Below are positions 1 through 9,961 of a stretch of DNA of 64,000 bases, one piece after another (positions within the stretch are counted from its first letter, which is position 1; each line of letters opens with the position of its first letter). The position numbers and the translations under genes are program-made. This DNA is from a virus. The DNA lies in IMG/VR virus record IMGVR_UViG_3300021962_000044, positions 47,076 to 111,075 of that record; one strand, 5' to 3'. The notes under the pieces were generated by a model. The model was given only the letters and a program-made list of their open reading frames with translations. It was not told where the DNA came from and did not search any database.

Positions 1-1
1 T

Positions 2-1459
2 GATATTAATACCGGATGGATTACTGGAGTTCCGACATTAAATTCAATTGGATTAAGCACATTTAATTTTGCAGTTAATGTTTATAAAGCAGGAAGAACT
101 GATATTGTTACTGCTAATTTTAACTTCACTTATAATGTAAGTAATGAAATAACTGATACAATAGTATGGGTTACTCCTAATGATTTAGGTACAATTTTTA
201 ATGGTTCAATTAGTACATTAAGTGTTACTGCTATAGCAGATACTGAATTATCATATAGAATAGTTGATGGGGCATTACCTCCTAATCTTTATATTTTAGA
301 CAATGGTGAAATAACCGGTAGGGTGTCTGAACAACCCACTGATACATTATTAGCACAAAACACAGAAACAGTTTTCACTTTTACTGTAGAAGCATATTCA
401 CCTTTATATTCAGTAGTACAATCTGAAAAAACATTTACGGTAACTGTATTGCAAGAATATAATCAACCAACTGATACTCTTTATATACAAGCTACAACTA
501 GTATAAATGATAGAAATATAATTAATAGTTTGTTATCTAATGAAACATTAATTCCGGAAGAAATGTTATACAGACCAAATGACATTTATTTTGGTAAAGC
601 AACTAATGTTATATATGAACATGCATATGGAATATATGCTAGTAATATTGATGAATATTTAGCCGCAGTAACTCAAAATCATTATTGGAGAAATATTACA
701 TTAGGTGAAATAAAAACTGCATTAGCAAAAAATAGTGCAGGTGAAATCATATATGAAGTAGTATATAGTGAGGTTATTGATAATTTAGTTAATCCTCAAG
801 GCATAAGTATTCAACAAGAAATTGTATGGCCAAGACCAATTAATTTGGGATTAGGTCCTTGGTATACAAGTGTTACTAATACATATTCTAGTTATAATAA
901 AGATTTACCTCCTGGTTATTATACTAGTAGGACACCGGGCTATGCACAAACATTATATCCAAATAGTTTATTCAACATGCGTAATCGTGTAGCACAAGTT
1001 GTTGGGCAAGAATATGATAGCAGATTGTTACCATTGTGGATGACTAGTCAACAAGAAAATGGCGGTACATTAGGTTATACTCAAGCTTGGGTTATATGTT
1101 ATACTAAACCTGGAATTATTGTTGATGGTGAACAATTAACTTATGCTGAATTTGAAGCGACTGGTTTAAAAAGAACACATACTCTAAATGGAGCAACTGT
1201 AATAGACTATTTTAGTTATGCTGAAACTATTAAAAATAATATACAAAATAATTGGCAATATACACTGAATCAAATCAACTTTAGAATTGATAGATTTAGT
1301 GTAGATAAAAGTGAAACATACAACTACGACAAAAATCTTAATCCACCTGCTTGGACAGGATTACCAAGTGCAACACCCGTACCTGATCCATTGGATAGTA
1401 AGAATTTCTATGTATTGTTCCCTAGAGAAACAATTTTACCAGATCAATCAGAATACTAA
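2..1459 (+). CDS. Virion structural protein with putative Ig-like domains (5'-truncated by window edge)
   Basis: The frame is open from position 2 (DINTGWITGVPT...GALPPNLYILDNGEITGRV), so the 323 start in the ORF track is internal. The G-x-LPPxL...G.ITG pattern is typical of phage He_PIG-type Ig repeats; T/N/V-rich. Confidence 0.6.
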   Translation, partial: DINTGWITGVPTLNSIGLSTFNFAVNVYKAGRTDIVTANFNFTYNVSNEITDTIVWVTPNDLGTIFNGSISTLSVTAIADTELSYRIVDGALPPNLYILDNGEITGRVSEQPTDTLLAQNTETVFTFTVEAYSPLYSVVQSEKTFTVTVLQEYNQPTDTLYIQATTSINDRNIINSLLSNETLIPEEMLYRPNDIYFGKATNVIYEHAYGIYASNIDEYLAAVTQNHYWRNITLGEIKTALAKNSAGEIIYEVVYSEVIDNLVNPQGISIQQEIVWPRPINLGLGPWYTSVTNTYSSYNKDLPPGYYTSRTPGYAQTLYPNSLFNMRNRVAQVVGQEYDSRLLPLWMTSQQENGGTLGYTQAWVICYTKPGIIVDGEQLTYAEFEATGLKRTHTLNGATVIDYFSYAETIKNNIQNNWQYTLNQINFRIDRFSVDKSETYNYDKNLNPPAWTGLPSATPVPDPLDSKNFYVLFPRETILPDQSEY

Positions 1460-1482
1460 ATATATAACGGAACACAACGAAT

Positions 1483-2508
1483 ATGAGCACAATTAACACA
1501 AACGGTATCAATGTAAATTACCCTGTACCAGGGGTAAATAACAACAGCCAAGGTTTTAGAGATAACTTTGCGGCAATTAGAACTAACTTGAATACAGCTG
1601 GTACTGAAATCACAGACCTACAAAACAAAGTAGTTGTTAAATCAGCACTAGCAAATTCTACAGTAAACAATGATATGGCTAATACTCTTATTAGCAATGC
1701 TTTAACACGTAGTTTTCGTGCTAGTACTTACAATTTAGGTAATGCAATATCAGGCACAGTATTAGTAAATGTATCCTTAGGTGATGTTCAGTATGGTACT
1801 ATTGCAGGTAATACTACTATTCAATTTACTGGATGGAGTCCTACTAGTACTCAAAGTAACGTTCAATTACAATTAGCAGTATCAAATAATTTAGCAGTAT
1901 TATCATTCCCTAGTCAAGTGACCGACGGTGTAACATCATTGGAAAATTATGCAAATGTTGCCAATACTAATACAGTTTCTATTCCATATGGTGTAACCCA
2001 ATTAGATTATAGATTCAGTACATTGGATTGCGGTAATTCAATTACAGTAGAACCATTTAATAATCCCAGAATAATATCACAAGTTCAACAAAGAACACCG
2101 GCACCAACGGGCTTTCAAGGAGATGTAGCCGGCGATATTGCAATAGATGCTAACTATGTTTATGTATGTACTGCATCATACAATTCAATTGCAAATACAG
2201 TTGTAATTGCAAATGCTAGTTCTACTGGAGATTTGTTAACAGTTTCAAATACAGGTAGCTTAACTTTAAACGATCCTATAATTTTTACAGGAGCTAACGT
2301 AACACAAGCTAATTTGGTAGCAAATACAATATATTATGTTAAAGCAATTGCATCCTCAGGTGCTAACGGAACAATTTCTGTAAGTGCTACTAGATCATCA
2401 GGCACTGCAGGAGCCAATGTTACATTAACAACAACTGCAAATGGATTTAGCGCAAATACATTTAATGGTACTGATATATGGAAAAGAATTGCACTAACTT
2501 CTTGGTAA
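1483..2508 (+). CDS. Virion structural (tail/baseplate-associated) protein
   Basis: N/T/A-rich beta-type composition; N-terminal YPVPGxNNxSQGFRDNF followed by a coiled coil; C-terminal WKRIAL tail-fibre-like end; upstream CTAAATA late-type motif. Confidence 0.55.
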   Translation: MSTINTNGINVNYPVPGVNNNSQGFRDNFAAIRTNLNTAGTEITDLQNKVVVKSALANSTVNNDMANTLISNALTRSFRASTYNLGNAISGTVLVNVSLGDVQYGTIAGNTTIQFTGWSPTSTQSNVQLQLAVSNNLAVLSFPSQVTDGVTSLENYANVANTNTVSIPYGVTQLDYRFSTLDCGNSITVEPFNNPRIISQVQQRTPAPTGFQGDVAGDIAIDANYVYVCTASYNSIANTVVIANASSTGDLLTVSNTGSLTLNDPIIFTGANVTQANLVANTIYYVKAIASSGANGTISVSATRSSGTAGANVTLTTTANGFSANTFNGTDIWKRIALTSW

Positions 2509-2519
2509 TAAATATTTGA

Positions 2520-2753
2520 ATGGAACACCCATTCATTTCATCACTATCTGATAAAACTCTTGAGGAGTTGCAGACTGTCATGTCCGAATTAACTAAAAAA
2601 CTAAACTTTGCATATCGTATGCAAAACAGTGCCATGATTCATCAATTAAATATGGTTATGGCTAGCTATAAAGCTGAATATGGTCGCAAAATGGATGAGC
2701 TTCTTAAAAAGCAAGGTGACCGAACTCAAATCAATATTCAAAAAGAAAGCTAA
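2520..2753 (+). CDS. Hypothetical helical protein
   Basis: 77-aa ORF tightly packed between neighbours; ATAAATA at 2508-2514. Confidence 0.6.
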   Translation: MEHPFISSLSDKTLEELQTVMSELTKKLNFAYRMQNSAMIHQLNMVMASYKAEYGRKMDELLKKQGDRTQINIQKES

Positions 2754-2755
2754 AA

Positions 2756-3358
2756 TTGACTACACGCATAGAACGAGATTTTTCATTTCAAGCAGGTGTT
2801 TATTTCCAAGAAGAATTTTTAATGAACGTATATACTATATCATTATATATGGATGTAGAAACAGAATCTATTAGAGAACAAAACGTAGCAATGGAAAGAA
2901 TCAAATACTTTCTAAATGATTGTTTAGAGAATAGCATTTTTGTACAAGATACTGAACATAAAATTATTGAGAAATATAATTCATGTGGCTTTAAAGTTTG
3001 TACAGTTCCCGAAGAACCTTACGATCAAATTATTACTATACTGTTATTAACTAAACTGAATAGCATTACTGAAGGAAGATTAGTAATTACTGATATTACT
3101 TTAGGCTCAAGGATAAGCGATCAGGTTAAGTTTAGTTATGATATTGAAAGTCCACGTGGTCCTTTAGAAGTAGCCGGATGGTGGACAGATAACGGTACAT
3201 CAATATCAGATCCTGTCAAAAAATCAGTACGTAAAGACAAAATTGTTAAGTTGTTTAAAACACAATCAACAGATTGGGCAGAATACAATTTAATTTGGAA
3301 AGAAAAAGATCCTAAAATTAAAAGTGAAATTGTTTTCACTACCGATCTTGAAAAATAA
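2756..3358 (+). CDS. Hypothetical protein
   Basis: 200-aa ORF with TTG start, co-oriented and abutting the upstream gene. Confidence 0.6.
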   Translation: MTTRIERDFSFQAGVYFQEEFLMNVYTISLYMDVETESIREQNVAMERIKYFLNDCLENSIFVQDTEHKIIEKYNSCGFKVCTVPEEPYDQIITILLLTKLNSITEGRLVITDITLGSRISDQVKFSYDIESPRGPLEVAGWWTDNGTSISDPVKKSVRKDKIVKLFKTQSTDWAEYNLIWKEKDPKIKSEIVFTTDLEK

Positions 3359-3406
3359 CTAACCAAAACTATTGTATACTATTGATAACTATGCTATAAT
3401 ATACAA

Positions 3407-3913
3407 ATGAAAACTGATAATTATGGTCAATTAATTTTTAATCAAAATGACCTATGCGAATTATTCTTACAAGACCCTACCCGTACTATCAATAATGCAC
3501 TAGTTGATAGCGTGATAGAATTTAATGGGTTTCTATCATTAGACAATATTCCAAATTTACAATTGTATCAAAAACCAACTATATCACTGGAAGAGTTTGA
3601 TAACAATAAGCAGAAAAATTGGCATATGCCCAAAGAATATTATGAATTAGATATTGCTAAATGGGTGTTAGATCAATGCAAAAGTGAAGCAGAATTACAA
3701 CGTGCAGGTGAGGAATTAATTAAGTTCCAAGAACGTAATATGTTTGTATTATTACAATATTTAAAGTATTTGGTTGACACAATGCGTAAGAATAATATTG
3801 TTTGGGGAGTGGGTAGGGGTAGTAGTGTAGCAAGTTTTGTATTGTTTTTAATAGGAATACACCGTATAAATAGTTTATACTATGATCTATCTATAGATGA
3901 GTTTTTAAAATAA
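3407..3913 (+). CDS. Stand-alone fragment homologous to DNA polymerase III alpha (DnaE) palm/NTPase region
   Basis: WGVGRGSSVASFVLFLIGIHRINSLYYDL matches the DnaE GxGRGSxxGSLVxYxLGITxxDPxxxxL motif; only 168 aa. Confidence 0.75.
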   Translation: MKTDNYGQLIFNQNDLCELFLQDPTRTINNALVDSVIEFNGFLSLDNIPNLQLYQKPTISLEEFDNNKQKNWHMPKEYYELDIAKWVLDQCKSEAELQRAGEELIKFQERNMFVLLQYLKYLVDTMRKNNIVWGVGRGSSVASFVLFLIGIHRINSLYYDLSIDEFLK

Positions 3914-3923
3914 GGAGAATATA

Positions 3924-4283
3924 ATGGCTAATTATAAAACAGCAATGGGTAAAACAGTTGATATGGCTGCATTAACCGCAAGAAATGAAAAAACTAGAGC
4001 AGTCGGTAATATGAAAGTTAATGCTCGAGGTGATACTATTGACGGGCAGGGTCGTATTATTAAAACGGCTACCGCCAAAGTAAATGATTCATATAACAAA
4101 ACTGTAGGTAATCGTTCAGCACAACCGGTACGCAATAAGCCAAAAACATCTGCGGCACCTCCATCAAAACCCGCAATTGATCTATCACAACTAAATGAAA
4201 TTGAACGTGAATTAGAAGAATCATTAGAAGATGATTTAGAAATTGAAAAAATTAAAGCACAGGAAATTAAAGGTAAAAAATGA
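3924..4283 (+). CDS. Hypothetical protein
   Basis: AGGAG SD before the ATG; contains AVGNMKVNARGD. Confidence 0.65.
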   Translation: MANYKTAMGKTVDMAALTARNEKTRAVGNMKVNARGDTIDGQGRIIKTATAKVNDSYNKTVGNRSAQPVRNKPKTSAAPPSKPAIDLSQLNEIERELEESLEDDLEIEKIKAQEIKGKK

Positions 4284-4657
4284 ACCAATACAGTAAACCA
4301 GCATTTAGCCCTACTAAAGTAGATACAATGAGATTCTTTAAGGATCATATCATTGTATCTGACATGCATTTTGATGAACGTGTAACTTCAGGTGGTATTA
4401 TCTTAATGGATGATGATAAGAAAAGTTCTGGCATTAGACCTCGTTGGGCAAAGATTTATGGTATAGGTCCTGATCAAAATGATCCACAATTAGAAATTGG
4501 TAAATGGATACTTATTAGTCATGGTCGGTGGACACGTGGAATTACAGTTGAAACTCCTGCAGGTAAACAAACATTGCGTAAAGTTGATCCTAATGATATA
4601 CTCTTAGTATCAGATGAACCAATGGAAGATGAAACAATAAGTGATAAGGTATATTAA
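4280..4657 (+). CDS. groES: GroES-like co-chaperonin
   Basis: DHIIV...ERVTSGGIIL mobile loop, A.IYGIGP, LEIGKWIL, DILLV: Cpn10 pattern. Confidence 0.8.
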   Translation: MNQYSKPAFSPTKVDTMRFFKDHIIVSDMHFDERVTSGGIILMDDDKKSSGIRPRWAKIYGIGPDQNDPQLEIGKWILISHGRWTRGITVETPAGKQTLRKVDPNDILLVSDEPMEDETISDKVY

Positions 4658-4675
4658 CATGACAGGAGTGGATGA

Positions 4676-4891
4676 ATGAATTCAATTGAGTTAGCGGATC
4701 ACTTAATATTTCGGGCAAAACATTTACATGAATTTACTGTAACTACAACTGTACCCAAAAATCTTAAATTTAATGGTCATATACCATTTGACATTAGTGT
4801 AAAAGATGATATACTTAGTGCTATCGTATATGCTGTAGACTTTGATGAAGCTACAACAATACTTAATAATTATTTGGAAAAACACACATGA
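4676..4891 (+). CDS. Hypothetical protein
   Basis: 71-aa ORF with GGAG upstream; ATGA overlap with the next gene. Confidence 0.5.
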   Translation: MNSIELADHLIFRAKHLHEFTVTTTVPKNLKFNGHIPFDISVKDDILSAIVYAVDFDEATTILNNYLEKHT

Positions 4892-5184
4892 TAAATTGGT
4901 TAAGACAAAAATTACAAAATTTTCTGCATCCACAATATCCACATGACAGTGATGTAGTAGAAACAAAAACTCATAGAAGAGGTGTTCTAGTTAGAGGATC
5001 AAGTCTTGATAGTAGAGGTATGAGTTTTACTATCCATATGGCTAGTGGTGGATATGTTTTAGAATACTCATCTTATGATGACAAAACAGATAGACATAAC
5101 CATAATTTACATATTATCCCTTCCGACCAAGATATGGGTCAGGGTATCGCACATATTATCACATTAGAAATGTTAAGAAAATGA
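4888..5184 (+). CDS. Hypothetical protein
   Basis: 98-aa ORF with ATGA overlaps on both sides. Confidence 0.6.
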   Translation: MINWLRQKLQNFLHPQYPHDSDVVETKTHRRGVLVRGSSLDSRGMSFTIHMASGGYVLEYSSYDDKTDRHNHNLHIIPSDQDMGQGIAHIITLEMLRK

Positions 5185-6107
5185 ATAAGAAACTTTGGGT
5201 AGAATCATACAGGCCGAACACAATAGCAGACTATGTGTTTGTAGATGAACGACAAAAGAATCAAGTAGAGGGTTGGGTTAAAGATGGATCTATCCCTCAT
5301 TTATTACTATCAGGTGATCCGGGTACAGGCAAAACAACTCTTGCTAAAGTACTGATCCACGAACTTGATGTAAGTGAATATGATGTATTGGAGATCAATG
5401 CATCACGTGAGAATAGCGTAGATGTTGTACGTAACAAGATTGTTAACTTTGTACAAACAATGCCTTTTGGTAGCTTCAAAGTAGTATTATTAGATGAAGC
5501 AGATTATTTGACACCAGCTGGTCAAGCGGCATTACGTAATGATATGGAAGCATATCATATGACAGCAAGATTTATTTTAACTTGTAACTATCAGCATAGA
5601 ATTATCCCTGCATTGAAGTCACGATGCCATGAGTTTCACATTACAAAAACAGATAAAACAGAGTTCACTGCGAGAGCGGCAACTGTGTTAGTAAGTGAAA
5701 ACATTGAATTTGATTTAGATGATTTAGATAGTTATGTTCGTGCCACATATCCAGATTTGCGTAAATGTTTAAATCAGTTACAGGTTAATAGTAGTACAGG
5801 GAAACTATTACCACCACAAACACAAGGATCTAGTGAGAATGAATTATTAGTTGATGCAACTAATTTATTTAAAGCAGGCAAAATCCTTGAGGGTAGACAA
5901 CAGTTATTACAATATATTGCTTTGTATCCTACACGTATTGAAGATACATATGCATGGATGTATCAAAATTTAGATTTATGGGGTAAGTCTAATGAGAAGC
6001 GTGATGCTAGTATTATTGTTATTAGAAATGGTTTAGCTAATCTAAGTTTAGTGGGTATACCTGAAATTAGTTTGGCAGCAACTCTTTGCGAACTTTCTGC
6101 GTTATAG
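5181..6107 (+). CDS. Clamp loader AAA+ subunit (RFC small / T4 gp44-like)
   Basis: LWVESYRP, Walker A GDPGTGKT, EINAS, Walker B LLDEAD, SRC arginine finger, DLRK sensor. Confidence 0.93.
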   Translation: MNKKLWVESYRPNTIADYVFVDERQKNQVEGWVKDGSIPHLLLSGDPGTGKTTLAKVLIHELDVSEYDVLEINASRENSVDVVRNKIVNFVQTMPFGSFKVVLLDEADYLTPAGQAALRNDMEAYHMTARFILTCNYQHRIIPALKSRCHEFHITKTDKTEFTARAATVLVSENIEFDLDDLDSYVRATYPDLRKCLNQLQVNSSTGKLLPPQTQGSSENELLVDATNLFKAGKILEGRQQLLQYIALYPTRIEDTYAWMYQNLDLWGKSNEKRDASIIVIRNGLANLSLVGIPEISLAATLCELSAL

Positions 6108-6117
6108 GATTATCAAC

Positions 6118-6390
6118 ATGAGATATTTATTAATTACATTCATGAGAAAGCCCAATGGGCAAATTGATGAACAAGTAGCGGTATCAAAAAAAGTTAAACC
6201 AAGTGACTTGCAGACCTGTAATGTTATATTAGATTATGCTAATAAAACAGTAGATAAATGCGTAATTGAAGGTAAAGCTTTAGATAGAGAGTGGGATAAG
6301 ATGCATGAATATTATGTAAAGATTTATCCTAATCTTATTTCACAACTTGAAAAAGAAGCAAGTATTACTGCAAAGACAAATGGGGCCTAA
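6118..6390 (+). CDS. Hypothetical protein
   Basis: 90-aa ORF with AGGA SD, ending in a terminator hairpin. Confidence 0.6.
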   Translation: MRYLLITFMRKPNGQIDEQVAVSKKVKPSDLQTCNVILDYANKTVDKCVIEGKALDREWDKMHEYYVKIYPNLISQLEKEASITAKTNGA

Positions 6391-6400
6391 GCCCCATTTT
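6378..6400. terminator. Bidirectional rho-independent terminator
   Basis: AAATGGGGC-CTAA-GCCCCATTT hairpin between convergent genes. Confidence 0.8.
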
Positions 6401-6401
6401 G

Positions 6402-7184
6402 TTAACTGTATAAGTTAAGCACATGTTCAATGATTTTATGTCGTTGAACGTCTTTGAGTTCAAATTTGCATAATTGCAATCCCGGAATCACCCCCTTCCT
6501 CAATCGATTTTGTAAATCTAATAGCCCATTGTCGGCTGTTTTACGATCGGCTTGTTCAATATCGCCAGTAATTACAATCTTACTACCGACGCCGATTCTG
6601 GTCATAATCATTTTAAGTTGACCCGGGGTTGCGTTTTGTGCTTCGTCTAATACTACCCAACTATGTTTGAAATTTCGTCCTCGACAAAATGCTAGAGGTG
6701 CAATTTCCACTATCTGTTCTTCTAGCATGTGGGCTATTTCCTTTGTTGTGTAGAATTCACGCAAAACGTCTAATAACGGTCTAGTCCATGGTTCCATCTT
6801 TTGATTGATATCTCCTGGCAAAAACCCGTGTTTTTCGTCATCAACACCTACTGCAGGCCTAGATAATATAATTCTATCACATTCACCATTACGCATAGCT
6901 TTTATGGCAGCAAGCATAGCTAAGTAAGTTTTACCAGTACCCGCAGGACCTGTGACTACGACAATATCTGTCTGCTCATCCAGTAGTGCGAGGATATAAT
7001 TTTCTTGGTTAACTGACTTAGGGATAAGTTGAACGGGCTTTTTATTGACCCGCATTTCCCGTTGTGCTTGTGCGAAATCTATCGTTTTTGATTCATGTGT
7101 GTAAAATGTTTGATTATCTTGTTTTTTACTGTGTGAAAACCGTGTGTCTTGTGTACGTAATGCGCTAGTTTTTCTTTTGCTCAA
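6402..7184 (-). CDS. phoH: PhoH-like ATPase
   Basis: GPAGTGKT, LSRPAV, GFLPG, RGRNF, LDEAQN, TRIG, GD.EQ.D, DVQRH. Likely TTG start at 7184 with AGGAG SD at 7192-7196 (the ORF track extends to 7226). Confidence 0.95.
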   Translation of the reverse strand: MSKRKTSALRTQDTRFSHSKKQDNQTFYTHESKTIDFAQAQREMRVNKKPVQLIPKSVNQENYILALLDEQTDIVVVTGPAGTGKTYLAMLAAIKAMRNGECDRIILSRPAVGVDDEKHGFLPGDINQKMEPWTRPLLDVLREFYTTKEIAHMLEEQIVEIAPLAFCRGRNFKHSWVVLDEAQNATPGQLKMIMTRIGVGSKIVITGDIEQADRKTADNGLLDLQNRLRKGVIPGLQLCKFELKDVQRHKIIEHVLNLYS

Positions 7185-7355
7185 GTTAATTCTCCTTTGT
7201 AGAGCGTGAGTTCTCATAACACTCAAGTTTATTTAAGGTCAATACTATCAGTCATAGTAGCATACTTATTGTGTAGCCATTAATGATAAATATTAGGCTA
7301 CGGTATCAAATATCGTTATTTGATGTATTCAAACTATAAAAGATAAATACTTTAT

Positions 7356-7964
7356 ATGAAAACCGCAGACGAATTTTTTGACAACGTTGATTATGTTAGC
7401 ATAATCGATACCGTTAAGGGTATATTTACCAGTGACGGCTCAATGGCTGTTTTACTAGACTACGAGCGAGTCTTAGATGAAGCCGACTTATATGCATTTA
7501 AGAACTGGGAATTGGGCGAATTAGTTCAGGGCCCTGACGTTAAACGCTATACAGTAGCATGTATATTCATGTATCCATACAAATTAATGCCCGACCCACG
7601 TGGTGCTAAACGTTTAGCTAGTGTGGGATGCAAAATCAAGTTTAAAAAGACTAAGATTAAGGTTCCGGTAGCTGTGACTAATCCAGATGATTATATCCCG
7701 GGTACAAGATATCCAAAAACAGCTTTACGTGAAGTATGGCTAGTATATATTGAAATGCCCAAAGAATTGATGGATGATATCCGTGAAGGTTCTATTGACT
7801 TGGCTGGTCAGAATATTGACTTGAATGAGTTAGATGATGCCTACGATGCTGATTTAGATAAAGAAGATACCGGTGAAGAGGAAGATCAACAACAGGATAT
7901 GATGGATCAAACCGGTACAGCAGCTCCTGGAATGGGAATGCCTCCTCCATTACCGGCAATGTAA
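7356..7964 (+). CDS. Phage hypothetical protein, acidic C-terminus
   Basis: 202-aa ORF directly after ATAAATA (7343-7349). Confidence 0.7.
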   Translation: MKTADEFFDNVDYVSIIDTVKGIFTSDGSMAVLLDYERVLDEADLYAFKNWELGELVQGPDVKRYTVACIFMYPYKLMPDPRGAKRLASVGCKIKFKKTKIKVPVAVTNPDDYIPGTRYPKTALREVWLVYIEMPKELMDDIREGSIDLAGQNIDLNELDDAYDADLDKEDTGEEEDQQQDMMDQTGTAAPGMGMPPPLPAM

Positions 7965-7965
7965 T

Positions 7966-8523
7966 ATGACAAATAAAACTATATTAAATGAAGGTTTAGA
8001 ATATCACGACTTAGTAGGTCAAATGCTTCCTACCGTAACTGTAGATGAATATGCGGCTCATATGGGTGAAGATAGTGAAATAGTAACATTAGCATTTACT
8101 GTTAAAAGTGAAGCTGCCGGAAATGATTTAGCTGATTGGTTTGAACGTGGTTATGATTTTGTATTAGATGCACAAGTTAGCGAAGGTGAAGTTAAGCCCG
8201 GGCAATATCTAGTATTTGTTGAAATGAATCGTAGAAGTAGTGTACCTAAACGTATCATTGAATTGTTAGATGATTTAGAAACATTAACTGCTATACCAGT
8301 TAAAGATTGGACAGTTGTTGTTGATGATGAAGAATACTCACCAGAAGAAGATGTATTGAAACAAGTTATTACTATCAGTCCGCATGAATATCGTGAAACT
8401 GAAGAAGTTGATGAAGAAGAAATTAATGAAATGCGTGAAAGAGCTGGATTAGAAGTTAAAGTACTTCATGCTGATAAACAAGATGCTGAAATAAAAGCAT
8501 TTAAATCAATGGCGGGATTATAA
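7966..8523 (+). CDS. Acidic hypothetical protein (possible head-associated)
   Basis: 185 aa; N-terminal MTNKTILNE|G; two short 'E..E(M/I)R..AGL'-type C-terminal repeats. Confidence 0.65.
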   Translation: MTNKTILNEGLEYHDLVGQMLPTVTVDEYAAHMGEDSEIVTLAFTVKSEAAGNDLADWFERGYDFVLDAQVSEGEVKPGQYLVFVEMNRRSSVPKRIIELLDDLETLTAIPVKDWTVVVDDEEYSPEEDVLKQVITISPHEYRETEEVDEEEINEMRERAGLEVKVLHADKQDAEIKAFKSMAGL

Positions 8524-8525
8524 GA

Positions 8526-9101
8526 ATGGCAACAATATTACCTAAAAAAGCCGGATTTGAACAACCAATGGCATTGGATGATGATCACTATACAACATTG
8601 GCAGCTGATCCTAGTATTAATCAATTCCCTCAAGGTAGTAGTTATGGTAGTACCTCTTTCGGTAATAACAGTATGAGTGCAGGTGGTTTTGGGTCACCAA
8701 ACTCATTTTCAAGCCCAAACTTCAATCAACAATCAACTTCAGGATTTGGAAGCACACAAAACGTTAATCAATCAAATAGCAATCAACCAGTACTCACAGG
8801 AGCCGCACCAACAAATGCTGCCAGTGGGGCAGATGTATTAGTAGCTAACGACAACACAGATTGGATTAACAAAAAATGGCGTCCAGTTATGGGTTGGATC
8901 TATATGCTAACTTGTACCATGGACTTTGTTATATTTCCAATCTTATGGAGCTTATTACAAGCAATGAGCAAGGGATCAGTTACAATGCAATGGCAACCAC
9001 TAACATTGCAAGGTGCCGGTCTTTATCACATCGCTATGGGTGCTGTTCTTGGTATTGCGGCTTATGGTCGTACAAAAGAAAAGATTGAGGGTAAATCTTA
9101 A
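8526..9101 (+). CDS. Holin-like membrane protein (3TM/GTA-holin type) with low-complexity N-terminus
   Basis: WRPVMGWIY followed by hydrophobic helices and LGIAAYGRTKEK. Confidence 0.65.
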   Translation: MATILPKKAGFEQPMALDDDHYTTLAADPSINQFPQGSSYGSTSFGNNSMSAGGFGSPNSFSSPNFNQQSTSGFGSTQNVNQSNSNQPVLTGAAPTNAASGADVLVANDNTDWINKKWRPVMGWIYMLTCTMDFVIFPILWSLLQAMSKGSVTMQWQPLTLQGAGLYHIAMGAVLGIAAYGRTKEKIEGKS

Positions 9102-9102
9102 T

Positions 9103-9130
9103 TTGACAAATAGCACAACGGTGTTATAAT
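9103..9130 (+). promoter_or_regulatory. Sigma70-type promoter, probably giving leaderless dnaJ mRNA
   Basis: TTGACA-16 nt-(TG)TATAAT; ATG 6 nt after the -10 box, no SD. Confidence 0.7.
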
Positions 9131-9136
9131 AGTTAA

Positions 9137-9937
9137 ATGGAACATTATCAAACTTTAGGGGTAGCTAAAACTGCTACGCCTGATGAAATTAAAAAAGCAT
9201 ATCGCAAGTTAGCAAGTCAACATCACCCTGATAAAGGTGGTGATACTGCTACATTTCAAAAAATTCAAATTGCATATGATATTTTAAGCGATCCTGAAAA
9301 ACGTAAACAATATGACAATCCAATGCCTCAAGGTTTTCCTGGAGGTCATCCAGGACAAGGTGGATTCCATTTCAATATGAATGGTTTCAGCATGGATGAT
9401 ATATTTGGACAAATGTTTAAACAACATCATCAACAGCAACAGCAACAACAAGTATACAGAACAAGTGTTTGGATTAATTTGGAACAAGTATATTCGGGCG
9501 GGGAGCAAACAATGAAGTTGCAAACTCAGCATAAAGCGCATATGATAAAGATTGATATACCCAAAGGTATACAAGAAGGTGGTCAAATACGTTATGAAAA
9601 TATAGTTGATGGAGCACCTTTAATAGTAGAATTTAGAATTCATAATCATTTGAAATATGAAAGAAGAATTAATGACTTATACTGCAATCAACCCATATCA
9701 GTATTAGATTTAATTGTTGGAACAAGTTTTGAATTTACTACCCTGGGTGGTAAAACCCTAGAAGTAACAATTCCTCCCAAAACTCAACCGCATATGCATG
9801 TGAAATTAGGTGGGCATGGATTGCCAATACAAGGAACTATTGCGTATGGAGACCAAATACTATTGCTAAAACCCTTTATACCTGATATAGTTGATAGTCG
9901 TATAACTGATAGCATTTTGCTATCTAAATCTGAGTAA
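9137..9937 (+). CDS. dnaJ: DnaJ/CbpA-type co-chaperone (no zinc finger)
   Basis: J-domain with HPD (HHPDKGG), G/F region, DnaJ C-terminal domain. Confidence 0.93.
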   Translation: MEHYQTLGVAKTATPDEIKKAYRKLASQHHPDKGGDTATFQKIQIAYDILSDPEKRKQYDNPMPQGFPGGHPGQGGFHFNMNGFSMDDIFGQMFKQHHQQQQQQQVYRTSVWINLEQVYSGGEQTMKLQTQHKAHMIKIDIPKGIQEGGQIRYENIVDGAPLIVEFRIHNHLKYERRINDLYCNQPISVLDLIVGTSFEFTTLGGKTLEVTIPPKTQPHMHVKLGGHGLPIQGTIAYGDQILLLKPFIPDIVDSRITDSILLSKSE

Positions 9938-9961
9938 ATAATTTTTTAAAAGGAACTGAAT

